Part shown: in pieces, positions 23,491-33,960 of the stretch | Position numbering within the stretch: position 1 is the stretch's first letter | Layout: each line of letters opens with the position of its first letter | Assembly: GCA_963754125.1 (NCBI GenBank) | Contig: CAVWEX010000001.1 | Span: 820,753-884,752, forward strand | Source of the DNA: an uncultured Gammaproteobacteria bacterium | Lineage (GTDB): Bacteria; Pseudomonadota; Gammaproteobacteria; Steroidobacterales; Steroidobacteraceae | Reading direction: 5' to 3' | DNA length: 64,000 nt | Made by a program: the position numbers and the translations under genes | The notes under the pieces: model-generated | The model's database searches: none | Seen by the model: the letters and a program-made list of their open reading frames with translations, nothing else | What the model was told of the DNA's origin: nothing

Positions 23491-24835
23491 ATGCCCCCCC
23501 GCGCCCTGATCGTCGACGACGAGCCCGACATCCGCGAACTGCTGGCCATCACGCTCGGCCGGATGCAGCTCGAGGTGGACACGGCGGGCGACTACGCGAG
23601 CGCCGTCCGCCAGCTCGGCGGGCAGCGCTACGACCTCGTGCTCACCGACATGCGCCTGCCGGACGGCGACGGGCTCGAGCTCATCGAGTGGATCCAGGCG
23701 CACCGCCCCGGCGTGCCGGTGGCGGTCATCACCGCGCACGGCAACGTCGAGGCCGCGGTCCGCGCGCTCAAGCTCGGGGCCTTCGACTTCATCTCGAAGC
23801 CGCTCGACCTGGGCTCACTGCGCCGGCTCATCACCGCCACGCTCAAGCTCGACGACTCGGCGGCCGAGGCCACGCAGCGGCGCACACGGCTCACGCTGCT
23901 CGGCGACTCGAAGCCGATGCAGCGGCTGCGCGAGATGATCGCCCGGGTGGCGCGCTCGCAGGCGCCGGTGCACATCTCCGGCGATTCGGGCACCGGCAAG
24001 GAGCTGGTGGCGCGGCTGATCCACGAGTCCGGGCCGCGGGCCGACGGGCCGTTCGTGCCGGTCAACTGCGGCGCCATCCCCTCGGAACTGATGGAGAGCG
24101 AGCTCTTCGGTCACAAGAAGGGCAGCTTCACGGGCGCGGTGACCGACAAGGAGGGGCTGATCCGCAGCGCCGAGGGCGGCACGCTGTTCCTCGACGAGGT
24201 GGCCGACCTGCCGCTGCACATGCAGGTGAAGCTGCTGCGCGTGATCCAGGAGAAGTCCGTGCGGTCCGTGGGCGAGACGCGCGAGGCGCCGGTGGACGTG
24301 CGCATCCTCTCCGCGACCCACCGCAAGCTCGAGGAGCTGGTGAAGGCGGGTCGCTTCCGCGAGGACCTCTACTACCGCATCAACGTCATCGAGCTGCACG
24401 TGCCCGCGCTGCGCGAGCGGCTCGACGACGTGCCGCAGCTCGTGGACATGCTGCTCGACCGCGTCTCGAAGCAGATCGGCGTGCCGCGCCCCGAGATCGG
24501 CGACGAGGCGATGGACAAGCTGCTGACGTACGCCTACCCCGGCAACGTGCGCGAGCTCGAGAACATCCTCGAGCGGGCGGTGACGCTGTGCACCGGGGAC
24601 CGGATCGCGCCCGGGGATATCCAGCTCAAGCAGGGTACGGGGCCGGTCGAGCTGCCGGAGATCGGCGAGGACGTCGGCGCCGACGGGCTCGAGGGCCAGC
24701 TCGAGCACATCGAGCGCGAGGCGATCGTCAAGGCGCTGGAGCAGACGCGGTACAACAAGACCAAGGCGGCGGCAGCTGCTGGGGATGACGTTCCGGCAGT
24801 TGAGGTATCGGGTGAAGAAGCTCGGGATCGAGTGA
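23491..24835 (+). CDS. pilR: Sigma-54-dependent response regulator PilR
   Basis: The receiver domain shows [14 protein letters not shown]...[14 protein letters not shown]. The AAA+ sigma54-interaction domain shows [23 protein letters not shown] and [11 protein letters not shown] Fis-type HTH ([31 protein letters not shown] 24833-24835) appears only after removing one extra G near 24771. An alternative ATG lies at 23476. Confidence 0.9.
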
Positions 24836-24842
24836 GACCGGA

Positions 24843-24859
24843 CTGACAGTAATTGTCAG
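24843..24859. promoter_or_regulatory. Inverted repeat CTGACA-N5-TGTCAG, candidate PilR enhancer site
   Basis: The repeat lies about 110 nt upstream of the sigma-54 promoter. It contains TGTC cores on both strands, as I recall for PilR sites upstream of Pseudomonas pilA. It could also be a small pilR terminator hairpin. Confidence 0.3.
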
Positions 24860-24965
24860 CTTTGGACGTTTCCGGTCCAGTTCACCGCCGCCTCCGTCGC
24901 CTCCGCGGCCGACGCCTGACCGGCGACTCCTTTCAGAAACAAAGACTTGCACGGAGCCGCGCCGT

Positions 24966-24981
24966 TGGCACGCGGATTGCT
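24966..24981 (+). promoter_or_regulatory. Sigma-54 (-24/-12) promoter of pilA
   Basis: TGGCACgcggaTTGCT is an exact match to the TGGCAC-N5-TTGCW consensus (GG 24967-24968, GC 24979-24980). It lies 66 nt upstream of the pilA ATG and downstream of pilS/pilR. Confidence 0.85.
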
Positions 24982-25046
24982 TTGTGTTCAGTGCCGGCCA
25001 AACGGCCGCGGGCTTCAGATTTCTTACCCGAACAGGAGTTGTTCAA

Positions 25047-25561
25047 ATGATGAAGAAGGTTCAGAAGGGTTTCACCCTCATCGAACTGATGATCGTCGTG
25101 GCGATCATCGGCATCCTCGCGGCCATCGCGATTCCGGCGTACCAGGATTACACGATCCGGTCGCAGGTCACGGAAGGTCTGACGCTGGCCGGCGCGACTC
25201 AAGGCCGCCGTCGCCGAGGTACGTTGCGAACAGCGGCACCTGGCCGGCTGACGAATGGCCGCGGTCGGCGACTTGGTGCGACCGCGGCCACCGTCGGCAA
25301 GTATGTCACCGGCGTCACGGTCGACGAACGGCACGATCACCGTCACCTACGGCGACGCACGCCAACGCCGCCGTTGCCGCTGCCGCGAGATGCCTTGCTC
25401 ATTCAGCCGGTGTCTAGCGCCAATGGCGACGTGGTCTGGCGTTGCGGCGATGCGGCTGCGCCCGCCGGTGCTGTAGACCAGCCGATGTGGCCGGCAGCCG
25501 ATTCCGGCGCTGCCACGACCGTGTCTCGAACAAGTACCTGCCGTCGAACTGCCGCTGCTAA
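25047..25561 (+). CDS. pilA: Type IVa major pilin PilA, reading frame heavily fragmented
   Basis: AGGAG lies 8 nt upstream of the start. The prepilin leader and N-terminal helix read [45 protein letters not shown]. The body must be stitched from all three frames. The pieces are [71 protein letters not shown]...TTVS and [10 protein letters not shown], ending at TAA 25559-25561. There is a C-terminal Cys pair. Confidence 0.8.
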
Positions 25562-25610
25562 GCAGCGGCAGCCCGTAATCCCGAACGTCACCTGTTCGGT
25601 GACCGGTCAG

Positions 25611-25642
25611 GAGAGGCCCCTGCAAAGGGGCCTCTCTTTTTC
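25611..25642 (+). terminator. Rho-independent terminator after pilA
   Basis: The stem-loop GAGAGGCCCC-TGCAA-GGGGCCTCTC is followed by TTTTT. Confidence 0.85.
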
Positions 25643-25837
25643 GTTGGCGCGTCGGCTCATCCGCCCTACCGATTCACAGCGACCCCGGCCATGGGTTCGC
25701 CCTGCGCCCCTGCGTGCCACGGTTCACAATACTGGGCTTGATTCGCTACATCTGCCATCGTCCCGCGACTTGACATTTGATAGTCTCCGCTACGCCCGCC
25801 CGAGGCGTGCAGGCACATCAGGTACCCTTACAAGTCC

Positions 25838-27580
<1,743 letters not shown>

Positions 27581-27596
27581 GGACTGGGGAGACACC

Positions 27597-28816
27597 ATGG
27601 CTGAAGCGATTGCCAACAAGCAGGCGCCCTTCCTCTGGGAAGGCAAGGACAAGAAGGGCAACAAGATCAAGGGCCGCGGCCTCGCGAAGAGCGAGGTCGA
27701 GATGCGCGCGGACCTGCGCCGCCAGGGCATCGCCGCCACGAAGGTCAAGAAGGAACGGCACCTGTTCAAGAGCGACGGCAAGGTCACCGCGGAGGACATC
27801 GCGATCTTCGCCCGCCAGCTCGCCACCATGCTCACCGCCGGCATCCCGATGGTTCAGTCCTTCGAGATCATCGGCGTCGGCCACGACAAGCCGGCGATGC
27901 AGAAGCTGGTGCTGGCGATCAAGTCCGACATCGAGACCGGCAACGCGCTCAACCAGGCGCTGGCCAAGCACCCGCTCTACTTCGACGACCTGTTCGTGAA
28001 CCTCGTCGAGGCCGGCGAGCACGCCGGCGCGCTCGAGACGGTGCTCGACAAGATCGCCACCTACAAGGAAAAGACCGAGGCGCTCAAGAAGAAGATCAAG
28101 AAGGCGCTGTTCTATCCGGCCGCGGTGCTCGGCCGTGGCCGTGATCGTGACCGTGATCCTGCTGCTGTTCGTGATCCCGCAGTTCGAGAGCCTGTTCAAG
28201 GGCTTCGGCGCCGACCTGCCGGCCTTCACGCAGATGGTCATCAACATGTCGCGCTGGATGCAGGCGAACGGCTGGATGCTGCTCATCGTCGTCGTCGCCG
28301 CCGGCTTCACGTTCGGCTACTTCTACAAGCGCTCGCGCGCCATGCGCCAGTTCCTCGACCGCATGTCGCTGCGGGATCCCGGTGATCGGCCCGATCCTCA
28401 AGAAGGCCGCAATCGCCCGCTTCGCCCGCACGCTCGCCACGATGTTCGGCGCCGGCGTGCCGCTGGTCGAGGCGATGAAGTCGGTGGCGGGCGCCACCGG
28501 CAACATCGTCTACCAGGACGCCGTGATGAGGATGCGCGACGAAATCTCCACCGGCCTGCGCATGCAGCGCGCCATGGAGAACACGGGCCTGTTCCCGAAC
28601 ATGGTGGTGCAGATGATCGCGGTCGGCGAAGAGTCGGGCTCGCTCGACGAGATGGCCGCCAAGGTGGCCGACTTCTACGAGGCCGACGTGGACGCCGCCG
28701 TGGACGGCCTCTCGAGCCTGCTCGAGCCGCTGATCATGGTGATCCTCGGCGTGCTCGTGGGCGGCCTCGTCGTCGCCATGTACCTGCCGATCTTCAAGCT
28801 GGGCGCGGTCATCTGA
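27597..28816 (+). CDS. pilC: Type IV pilus platform protein PilC (GspF family)
   Basis: The gene is in three ORF pieces (27573.. from ATG 27597, 28135.., 28382..28816). The GspF repeats show DIAIFARQLATMLTAGIPMVQS and IARFARTLATMFGAGVPLVEA. Frame changes lie near 28131 and 28378. Confidence 0.9.
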
Positions 28817-28827
28817 CGGTCGCCGAC

Positions 28828-29745
28828 GTGCTGCAGGACAGCCCCGCGCTGCTCGTCGGCAGCGCGTTCCTGCTGTCGCTGCTGGTCGGCAGCTTCCTGA
28901 ACGTGGTGATCCACCGCCTGCCGGTCATGCTCGACCGGCAGTGGCGGGCGCAGGCCGAGGAAATGCTGGCCGAGACGGCCGCGGCAGCCCCGACGCTTCA
29001 GGCCGACCCCGCAGCAGCGGCGCCCCCGGCGAAGTACAACCTCGTCGTCCCCCGCTCCGCGTGCCCGCACTGCGGCGCCGCGATCCGCGCGCACCAGAAC
29101 ATCCCGGTCGTGAGCTACCTGCTGCTCGGCGGCAAGTGCGCGAGCTGCAAGGCGCGGATCTCGCCGCGCTACCCGATCGTCGAGCTCGTCACGGCGCTGC
29201 TCTCGGCCGCCGTGGTGTGGCGCTTCGGCTTCCACTGGCAGTCGGTCGCGGCGCTGTTCGTCACCTGGGCGCTGGTGGCGCTCACGGTCATCGACCTCGA
29301 CCACCAGATCCTGCCGGACGCGATCACGCTGCCGCTGCTGTGGCTCGGCCTGCTCGCGAGCCTCGCGTGGCACGCCGGGCTCGCGCCGCCGCTGCCCACC
29401 GACCCGCACTCCGCGATCGTGGGCGCGGTGGCGGGCTATCTCAGCCTGTGGAGCGTGTACTGGGCCTTCAAGCTGCTCACCGGCAAGGAAGGCATGGGCT
29501 ACGGCGACTTCAAGCTGTTCGGCGCGCTCGGCGCGTGGATGGGCTGGCAGATGCTGCCGCTCGTGCTGCTGCTCTCGGCCTTCACGGGCGCCGTGGTCGG
29601 CATCGCGCTGATCGTGGTGCGCGGCCGCGACCGCAACATCCCGATCCCCTTCGGCCCCTACCTCGCCGCCGCCGGCTGGATCGCGCTGATGTGGGGGCCG
29701 CAGATCGTGGGCGGGTACCTGTCGCTGAGCGGGCTGGATCGCTGA
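28828..29745 (+). CDS. pilD: Prepilin peptidase / N-methyltransferase PilD
   Basis: GTG 28828. There is a Cys box (CPHCGAAIRAHQNIPVVSYLLLGGKCASCKARI) and aspartyl-protease motifs (VIDLDHQILPD, GMGYGDFKLFGALGAW). The frame is intact. Confidence 0.9.
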   Translation: MLQDSPALLVGSAFLLSLLVGSFLNVVIHRLPVMLDRQWRAQAEEMLAETAAAAPTLQADPAAAAPPAKYNLVVPRSACPHCGAAIRAHQNIPVVSYLLLGGKCASCKARISPRYPIVELVTALLSAAVVWRFGFHWQSVAALFVTWALVALTVIDLDHQILPDAITLPLLWLGLLASLAWHAGLAPPLPTDPHSAIVGAVAGYLSLWSVYWAFKLLTGKEGMGYGDFKLFGALGAWMGWQMLPLVLLLSAFTGAVVGIALIVVRGRDRNIPIPFGPYLAAAGWIALMWGPQIVGGYLSLSGLDR

Positions 29746-29785
29746 GGCGGGGAGCCAACGGGAGTCGAGGCAACGCACGTGGTCG

Positions 29786-29983
29786 TTACGCCGCTCGACG
29801 ACTCGCCGACCTTATTAGCGCCATCGCGGGACTGATCGCAGCCCGGCCGTTCAGCACCTTCGAGAGAGTGGTACGGTCCACGCCCAACTGGGTCGCAGCC
29901 TCGCCTACCTGAAGGTCAAGTGCCGGCAGAACGTCATCACGCAGGGTCAGGCCGGGGTGAGGGGGGTTGTGCATCTCGCTCAT
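29786..29983 (-). CDS. higA: HigA-family antitoxin, C-terminally short (about 65 aa)
   Basis: ATG 29983 lies 7 nt after the higB stop. It reads MSEMHNPPHPGLTLRDDVL with the HTH VGEAATQLGVDRTTLSKVLNGRAAISPAMAL. The usual ~30 C-terminal residues are absent. The stop lies 40 nt from the pilD stop. Confidence 0.65.
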   Translation of the reverse strand: MSEMHNPPHPGLTLRDDVLPALDLQVGEAATQLGVDRTTLSKVLNGRAAISPAMALIRSASRRAA

Positions 29984-29990
29984 GGAAACC

Positions 29991-30269
29991 TCAGTGGTAG
30001 TCCTGGTAATCGACCAGTTCCGCGTCACCGTCGCTGAATGTGAAAGTCAGCCGCCAGTTTCCGCTGACACTCACGCTCCAGTGGTTCGAAAGCCTTCCCT
30101 TGAGGGGGTGCAAGCCCCAGCCAGGGACGTTCATGTCCGACACTTGCGTCGCCACATCGAGCGCCGCGAGTTGTCGCGCCAGCCGCGGCGCGTGCGCAGC
30201 CTGGATGCCTGCCTTGCTGCCGGTCCTGAAGAACCGCTCGACGCCTTTGTGTCGGAACGACCGTATCAC
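29991..30269 (-). CDS. higB: HigB-type toxin (plasmid-killer type)
   Basis: GTG 30269. The sequence is VIRSFRHKGVERFFRTGSKAGIQAAHAPRLARQLAALD...LKGRLSNHWSVSVSGNWRLTFTFSDGDAELVDYQDYH. It is a paralogue of the 16863..17147 gene. Confidence 0.85.
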   Translation of the reverse strand: MIRSFRHKGVERFFRTGSKAGIQAAHAPRLARQLAALDVATQVSDMNVPGWGLHPLKGRLSNHWSVSVSGNWRLTFTFSDGDAELVDYQDYH

Positions 30270-30369
30270 GCATCTATCGTAGCGTGTGGCGCCACGCACC
30301 GCAAATTCGTATTTCGGCCTGGCCTGGGTGGATCGCCGAAATCCGGAACCGGCCCCGCGTCCGCCACCG

Positions 30370-31422
30370 TCACCGCAGGCCGTACCAAACCCCTCGGCCA
30401 GCTCCGTGCTGGTTCAGCGTGCCGCGTTCGACCAGCGCACGGAAGTGTTGCTTGAGCGTGTTGCGGCTGGCCCCGGTCAGCTTGATGGCCTCACCGATGG
30501 TGACGCGGCCGTGCTCGCGGGCCAACTCGACGATCTGTAGCTGCAGTTCAGGCATGGCCGCAAGAACGATCTTCTCGCGCTCGATCTTTTTCTCCAGACG
30601 TCGCACCTGCTCGGCCAGCGAGCGCAGGAAGAACACCAGCCATGGCTGCCAGTCAGGCGCTTCCGTGCGGATGGTGCCCTGGGTTTGGCGCAGCGCCAGG
30701 TAGTAGGCTTCCTTGCTCTGTTCGATCACGCTCTCCAGCGAACTGTATGGCACGTAGGCATAGCCGGCCTGCAGGAGCAGGAGCGTGGTCAGCACCCGGG
30801 ATAGCCGTCCGTTGCCGTCCTGGAAGGGATGAATCTCCAGGAACACGACGACGCAGAGGGCGATGATCAGCAGAGGGTGTAGTCGGGCTGTCTCGCGTTC
30901 GTGGTTCACCCATGCCACCAGTTCCGTCATCAGGCGGGGCGTGTCGAAAGGCAAAGCCGTCTGAAACACGATTCCGATCTGCTTTCCCGCTTCGTCGAAG
31001 GCGGCGACGCTGTTCGAGTGGGTCTTGTAGTTACCCCGATGCCAGGTGTCCTTCTCGCTGTAGCGCAGCAGGATCTGATGCAGTTGCTTGATGTGGCTTT
31101 CGGTGAACGGGATGCCCTGCCACGATGAGAACACCAGATCCATCAGCTCGGCATAGCCGGCAACCTCCTGCTCGTCGCGGGTAGCGAAGGACTGGATCTC
31201 CAGGTTCGACAGCAGTTGCTCCACCTCCCGGTCGGACAGCTTTCCGCCCTCGATTCGGGTCGATGAGCCGATGCTCTCGATGGTGGCTACGCGAAGCAGC
31301 GCCGACAGGCGATCGGGTGCAAGTGTGCCCAAGGCGCGCCAGGCGCCCTTGAACTCGTCGGTCCTGGCGATGAGGCTCAGGATCTCTGGGGTGATCTGGA
31401 TGGTGTCAGCCTGGAGCACCAA
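30370..31422 (-). CDS. Fic-family protein (class II, auto-inhibited) with C-terminal winged-helix domain
   Basis: The ORF is an intact 350 aa. It carries the Fic motif HPFQDGNGRLSR and an N-terminal inhibitory motif STRIEG, of the form (S/T)xxxE(G/N). The C-terminal HTH-like segment is VTIGEAIKLTGASRNTLKQHFRALVERG. The gene is visibly more A/T-rich than its flanks. Confidence 0.9.
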   Translation of the reverse strand: MVLQADTIQITPEILSLIARTDEFKGAWRALGTLAPDRLSALLRVATIESIGSSTRIEGGKLSDREVEQLLSNLEIQSFATRDEQEVAGYAELMDLVFSSWQGIPFTESHIKQLHQILLRYSEKDTWHRGNYKTHSNSVAAFDEAGKQIGIVFQTALPFDTPRLMTELVAWVNHERETARLHPLLIIALCVVVFLEIHPFQDGNGRLSRVLTTLLLLQAGYAYVPYSSLESVIEQSKEAYYLALRQTQGTIRTEAPDWQPWLVFFLRSLAEQVRRLEKKIEREKIVLAAMPELQLQIVELAREHGRVTIGEAIKLTGASRNTLKQHFRALVERGTLNQHGAGRGVWYGLR

Positions 31423-31578
31423 CCAAGAATACGCCCATTTACACCCATTTTAGAGATGCAGGCATTCCGCGGATGCGGCTCGTTATGTCGCTCGATGGAA
31501 GCCTCAGTGGTGAGTCGCTGGTCATCGACCCGAAGTTCCGAGCTTCGCCGCTGTATATGATCGGATAGTATACTGCTG

Positions 31579-31895
31579 ATGCGGGTGATCCGGTGCAGAC
31601 GCGTCGTCAGGGTTCGAGTGGGATCCGCTAGGCAGAGCAACGCGGCGAGCACTCGAAGCGCGGCACTGCTGACGGCGACGCCGGGCAACGTGGACTCTCG
31701 CAACCGATGTTCATCCTGGCGGCGATACGCGACCGCGGCCGTGCTGAAGGGACGACGCGCTCGTGTTCAACATCTGCGGCAACCGGTATCGCCTGCGCGG
31801 TCATCGTATCACATTTCGGGACAGCGGATCGCTTACGTCCGCTTCGTGGGCACGCACGCTCGAGCACGACGCGATCGACGCGGAGACCGTGTTGA
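31579..31895 (+). pseudogene. Decayed HigB toxin of the second HigB family (VFNIxGNxYRL type)
   Basis: The remnant starts MRVIR... at ATG 31579. Fragments lie in three frames: RYATAAVLKG, VFNICGNRYRL, GQRIAYVRFVGTHA, EHDAIDAETV. The TGA at 31893-31895 overlaps the next ATG (TGATG). Confidence 0.55.
31721..31779 (+). repeat. Direct repeat copy 1 (internal higB fragment)
   Basis: The sequence is ggcgatacgcgaccgcggccgtgctgaagggacgacgcgctcgtgttcaacatctgcgg. It shares perfect 12-nt (gtgctgaaggga) and 19-nt (tcgtgttcaacatctgcgg) blocks with copy 2. Confidence 0.8.
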
Positions 31896-32070
31896 TGAAG
31901 ATCCAGCCGATTCGGACAGACGCTGACCATGAAGCGGCGCTGAAGCGCATCGACGCGCCTCATGGACGCCCTCCTCGGCACTCCTCGAGGCGGCGAACTC
32001 GCGTGACGTCCCGTACCAGTCGCTGATCAAGCTCTGGCTGCAGGAGAAGCTGGAGAACCAGCGGCGCTGA
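31895..32070 (+). pseudogene. Chimeric antitoxin debris: cognate HigA N-terminus joined to a CopG/BrnA-like C-terminal tail
   Basis: MKIQPIRTDADHEAALKRIDA(L)MDALLGTP... is the typical start of the HigA partner. It breaks off near 32000 and is followed, in another frame, by RDVPYQSLIKLWLQEKLENQRR (TGA 32068-32070). That is an ending typical of RHH/BrnA-type antitoxins. Confidence 0.5.
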
Positions 32071-32111
32071 CGAGGCCGCCGGGCACCTGAACGTCACCCA
32101 GGAGCTCAGAT

Positions 32112-32169
32112 GGCGATACTCGACTGCAAGCGTGCTGAAGGGAGTCTGGATCGTGTTCAACATCTGCGG
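32112..32169 (+). repeat. Direct repeat copy 2 (second, truncated higB fragment)
   Basis: The sequence is ggcgatactcgactgcaagcgtgctgaagggagtctggatcgtgttcaacatctgcgg. It encodes ...SVLKGVWIVFNICG and then diverges. About three quarters of positions are identical to copy 1, 391 nt upstream. Confidence 0.8.
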
Positions 32170-32292
32170 AGCCGTGTCTATGAAAGTGCTCAATCGGACC
32201 GCCGCTGCACTCTGAACGCTGCAGATGCACTCGACAGTCTCAACCGCGAACTCGGAATCCCGCTCGAGAGCCTCGTGCCGGCCGGGACTGAC

Positions 32293-32916
32293 GTGCCGCC
32301 CTTCCGCGTCGCCCTCACCGGCGGCATCGCGAGCGGCAAGACCACGGTCGCGGACCTTTTTGCTGCACTCGGCGTCCCCGTCATCGACACCGACCTCATC
32401 GCCCGGCAGGTCGTCGAGCCCGGGCAGCCGGCGCTCGCCGAGGTCGTGGCCGCCTTCGGTCCGGAGGTGCTCGGCGCCGACGGCCGCCTCGACCGCCGCC
32501 GCCTGCGCGAGATCATCTTCGCCGACGCCACGGCCCGCCGGCGACTGGAGGCGATCCTGCACCCGGCGATCCGCGCCGAGATGGAGCGCCAGTCGCATGC
32601 CGCGGGGGGCGCGTACCAGCTGCTCGTGATCCCGCTGCTCACCGAGGGCGGGCGCCGCGACCACGTGGACCGCGTGCTGCTGGTGGACGTGCCCGAGGCC
32701 GTGCAGGTCGAGCGGCTGATGCGCCGCGACGGCGTGTCGCGCGAGCAGGCCACGGCCTCGCTCGGCGCCCAGGCCACGCGCGCCGCGCGGCTCGCGATGG
32801 CGGACGACATAATCGAGAACACCGGCCATGCCGAGGACCTCGAGGCGCGGGTGGCGGAGCTGCACCGGCGGTACCTGCAGCTCGCCGCGGCGGGTTGTGC
32901 CCCTCCGCGGCCCTAG
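32293..32916 (+). CDS. coaE: Dephospho-CoA kinase
   Basis: Motifs: FRVALTGGIASGKTT (P-loop), VIDTDLIARQVVEPG, LEAILHPAIR. The start is GTG 32293 (or 32275). The upstream codons of ORF 32110 belong to TA debris. Confidence 0.85.
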   Translation: MPPFRVALTGGIASGKTTVADLFAALGVPVIDTDLIARQVVEPGQPALAEVVAAFGPEVLGADGRLDRRRLREIIFADATARRRLEAILHPAIRAEMERQSHAAGGAYQLLVIPLLTEGGRRDHVDRVLLVDVPEAVQVERLMRRDGVSREQATASLGAQATRAARLAMADDIIENTGHAEDLEARVAELHRRYLQLAAAGCAPPRP

Positions 32917-32930
32917 AGCAGAATACGGCG

Positions 32931-33737
32931 ATGAATGCCAACGAGGCCGTCGTGCCCTCGCCGGACGCCGCTCCACGCGTCACGGTCTACGAGCAGCCGC
33001 TCAACGAGCGCATGCGCAACTTCCTGCGTCTCGATTTCCTGTACCAGCAGGCCGTGCACCACCACACCCGCGCGGACTCGTGGTCCACGCGAGCGGCGGT
33101 CAGTTCCCTGCTCGAGATTCTGTCGATCACGCAGCGCGGCGACGTGCGCGGCGAGGTGCTGAAGGAACTCGAGCGCCAGATGGCGCAGCTCGCCACGTTC
33201 ACGACGCGCCCCGGGGTCGATTCGGCGCGGCTGCGCATCCTGCTCACCAAGCTGCACCGCATGCGCGAAGAGCTCAGCAACGTCGGCGCGCTCTTCATGC
33301 AGAAGCTGCGTGACTCGGAGTTCCTCAACTCGATCAAGCACCGCAGCACGATTCCCGGCGGCACCTGCGATTTCGACCTGCCCGACTACTCTCACTGGCT
33401 CAACCAGTCCGACGAGGTGCGTGGCGCCGACTTCGCGCACTGGCTCGCGGTGATCCGCCCGCTCGGCGACGCGGTGGGCGAGCTGCTGTGGATGACGCGC
33501 GAGCAGGGCCGCACGCGCCCCGAGATCGCGCCCGGCGGCGTGTTCCACCTCACGCTCGACCGCGACGTGCCGACGCAGCTCATCCGCATCGCGCTGCCCA
33601 ACGGCACCGATCTCTACCCGGAGATCAGCGGCAGCCACTACCGCTGCAGCGTGCGGTTCCTGGCCTGGCAGGACGCGGGCACGCATCCGATCCAGACCAC
33701 CGAAGACGTGATGTTCTCGCTCACCACCTGCACGTGA
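32931..33737 (+). CDS. zapD: Cell division protein ZapD
   Basis: ATG 32931. The sequence runs [22 protein letters not shown]...[15 protein letters not shown]. The position coaE-zapD-yacG is conserved. Confidence 0.85.
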   Translation: MNANEAVVPSPDAAPRVTVYEQPLNERMRNFLRLDFLYQQAVHHHTRADSWSTRAAVSSLLEILSITQRGDVRGEVLKELERQMAQLATFTTRPGVDSARLRILLTKLHRMREELSNVGALFMQKLRDSEFLNSIKHRSTIPGGTCDFDLPDYSHWLNQSDEVRGADFAHWLAVIRPLGDAVGELLWMTREQGRTRPEIAPGGVFHLTLDRDVPTQLIRIALPNGTDLYPEISGSHYRCSVRFLAWQDAGTHPIQTTEDVMFSLTTCT

Positions 33738-33934
33738 GCCGTCGGACCGTTCCCTGCCCCACCTGCCGCGCGGCCGTCGAGTGGTCGCCGGATTCACCGT
33801 GGCGGCCCTTCTGCAGCGAGCGCTGCAAGCTGATCGACCTCGGCGCGTGGGTCAGCGAGCAGCGCGCGATCCCGGGCGAGGACATCCCCATCGTGCAGGA
33901 CGACGGCGGCGAGTTCGAGCCGCCGCGGCACTGA
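33734..33934 (+). CDS. yacG: DNA gyrase inhibitor YacG (zinc ribbon)
   Basis: GTG 33734 overlaps the zapD stop (GTGA). The sequence is [43 protein letters not shown]. Confidence 0.85.
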   Translation: MSRRTVPCPTCRAAVEWSPDSPWRPFCSERCKLIDLGAWVSEQRAIPGEDIPIVQDDGGEFEPPRH

Positions 33935-33960
33935 GCGAGCGGCGGCCGGACCCAAGCGGC

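Noticed and set aside
25740-25800. A sigma-70 promoter guess for pilB (TTGACA at about 25767).
   Set aside because: No acceptable -10 hexamer lies at 16-18 nt spacing, so I cannot support a call.
31377-31703. A 108-aa minus-strand ORF upstream of fic that could have been a Fic antitoxin or partner.
   Set aside because: The Fic protein already carries its own inhibitory motif (class II). The ORF overlaps the decayed higB on the other strand and has no recognisable features.
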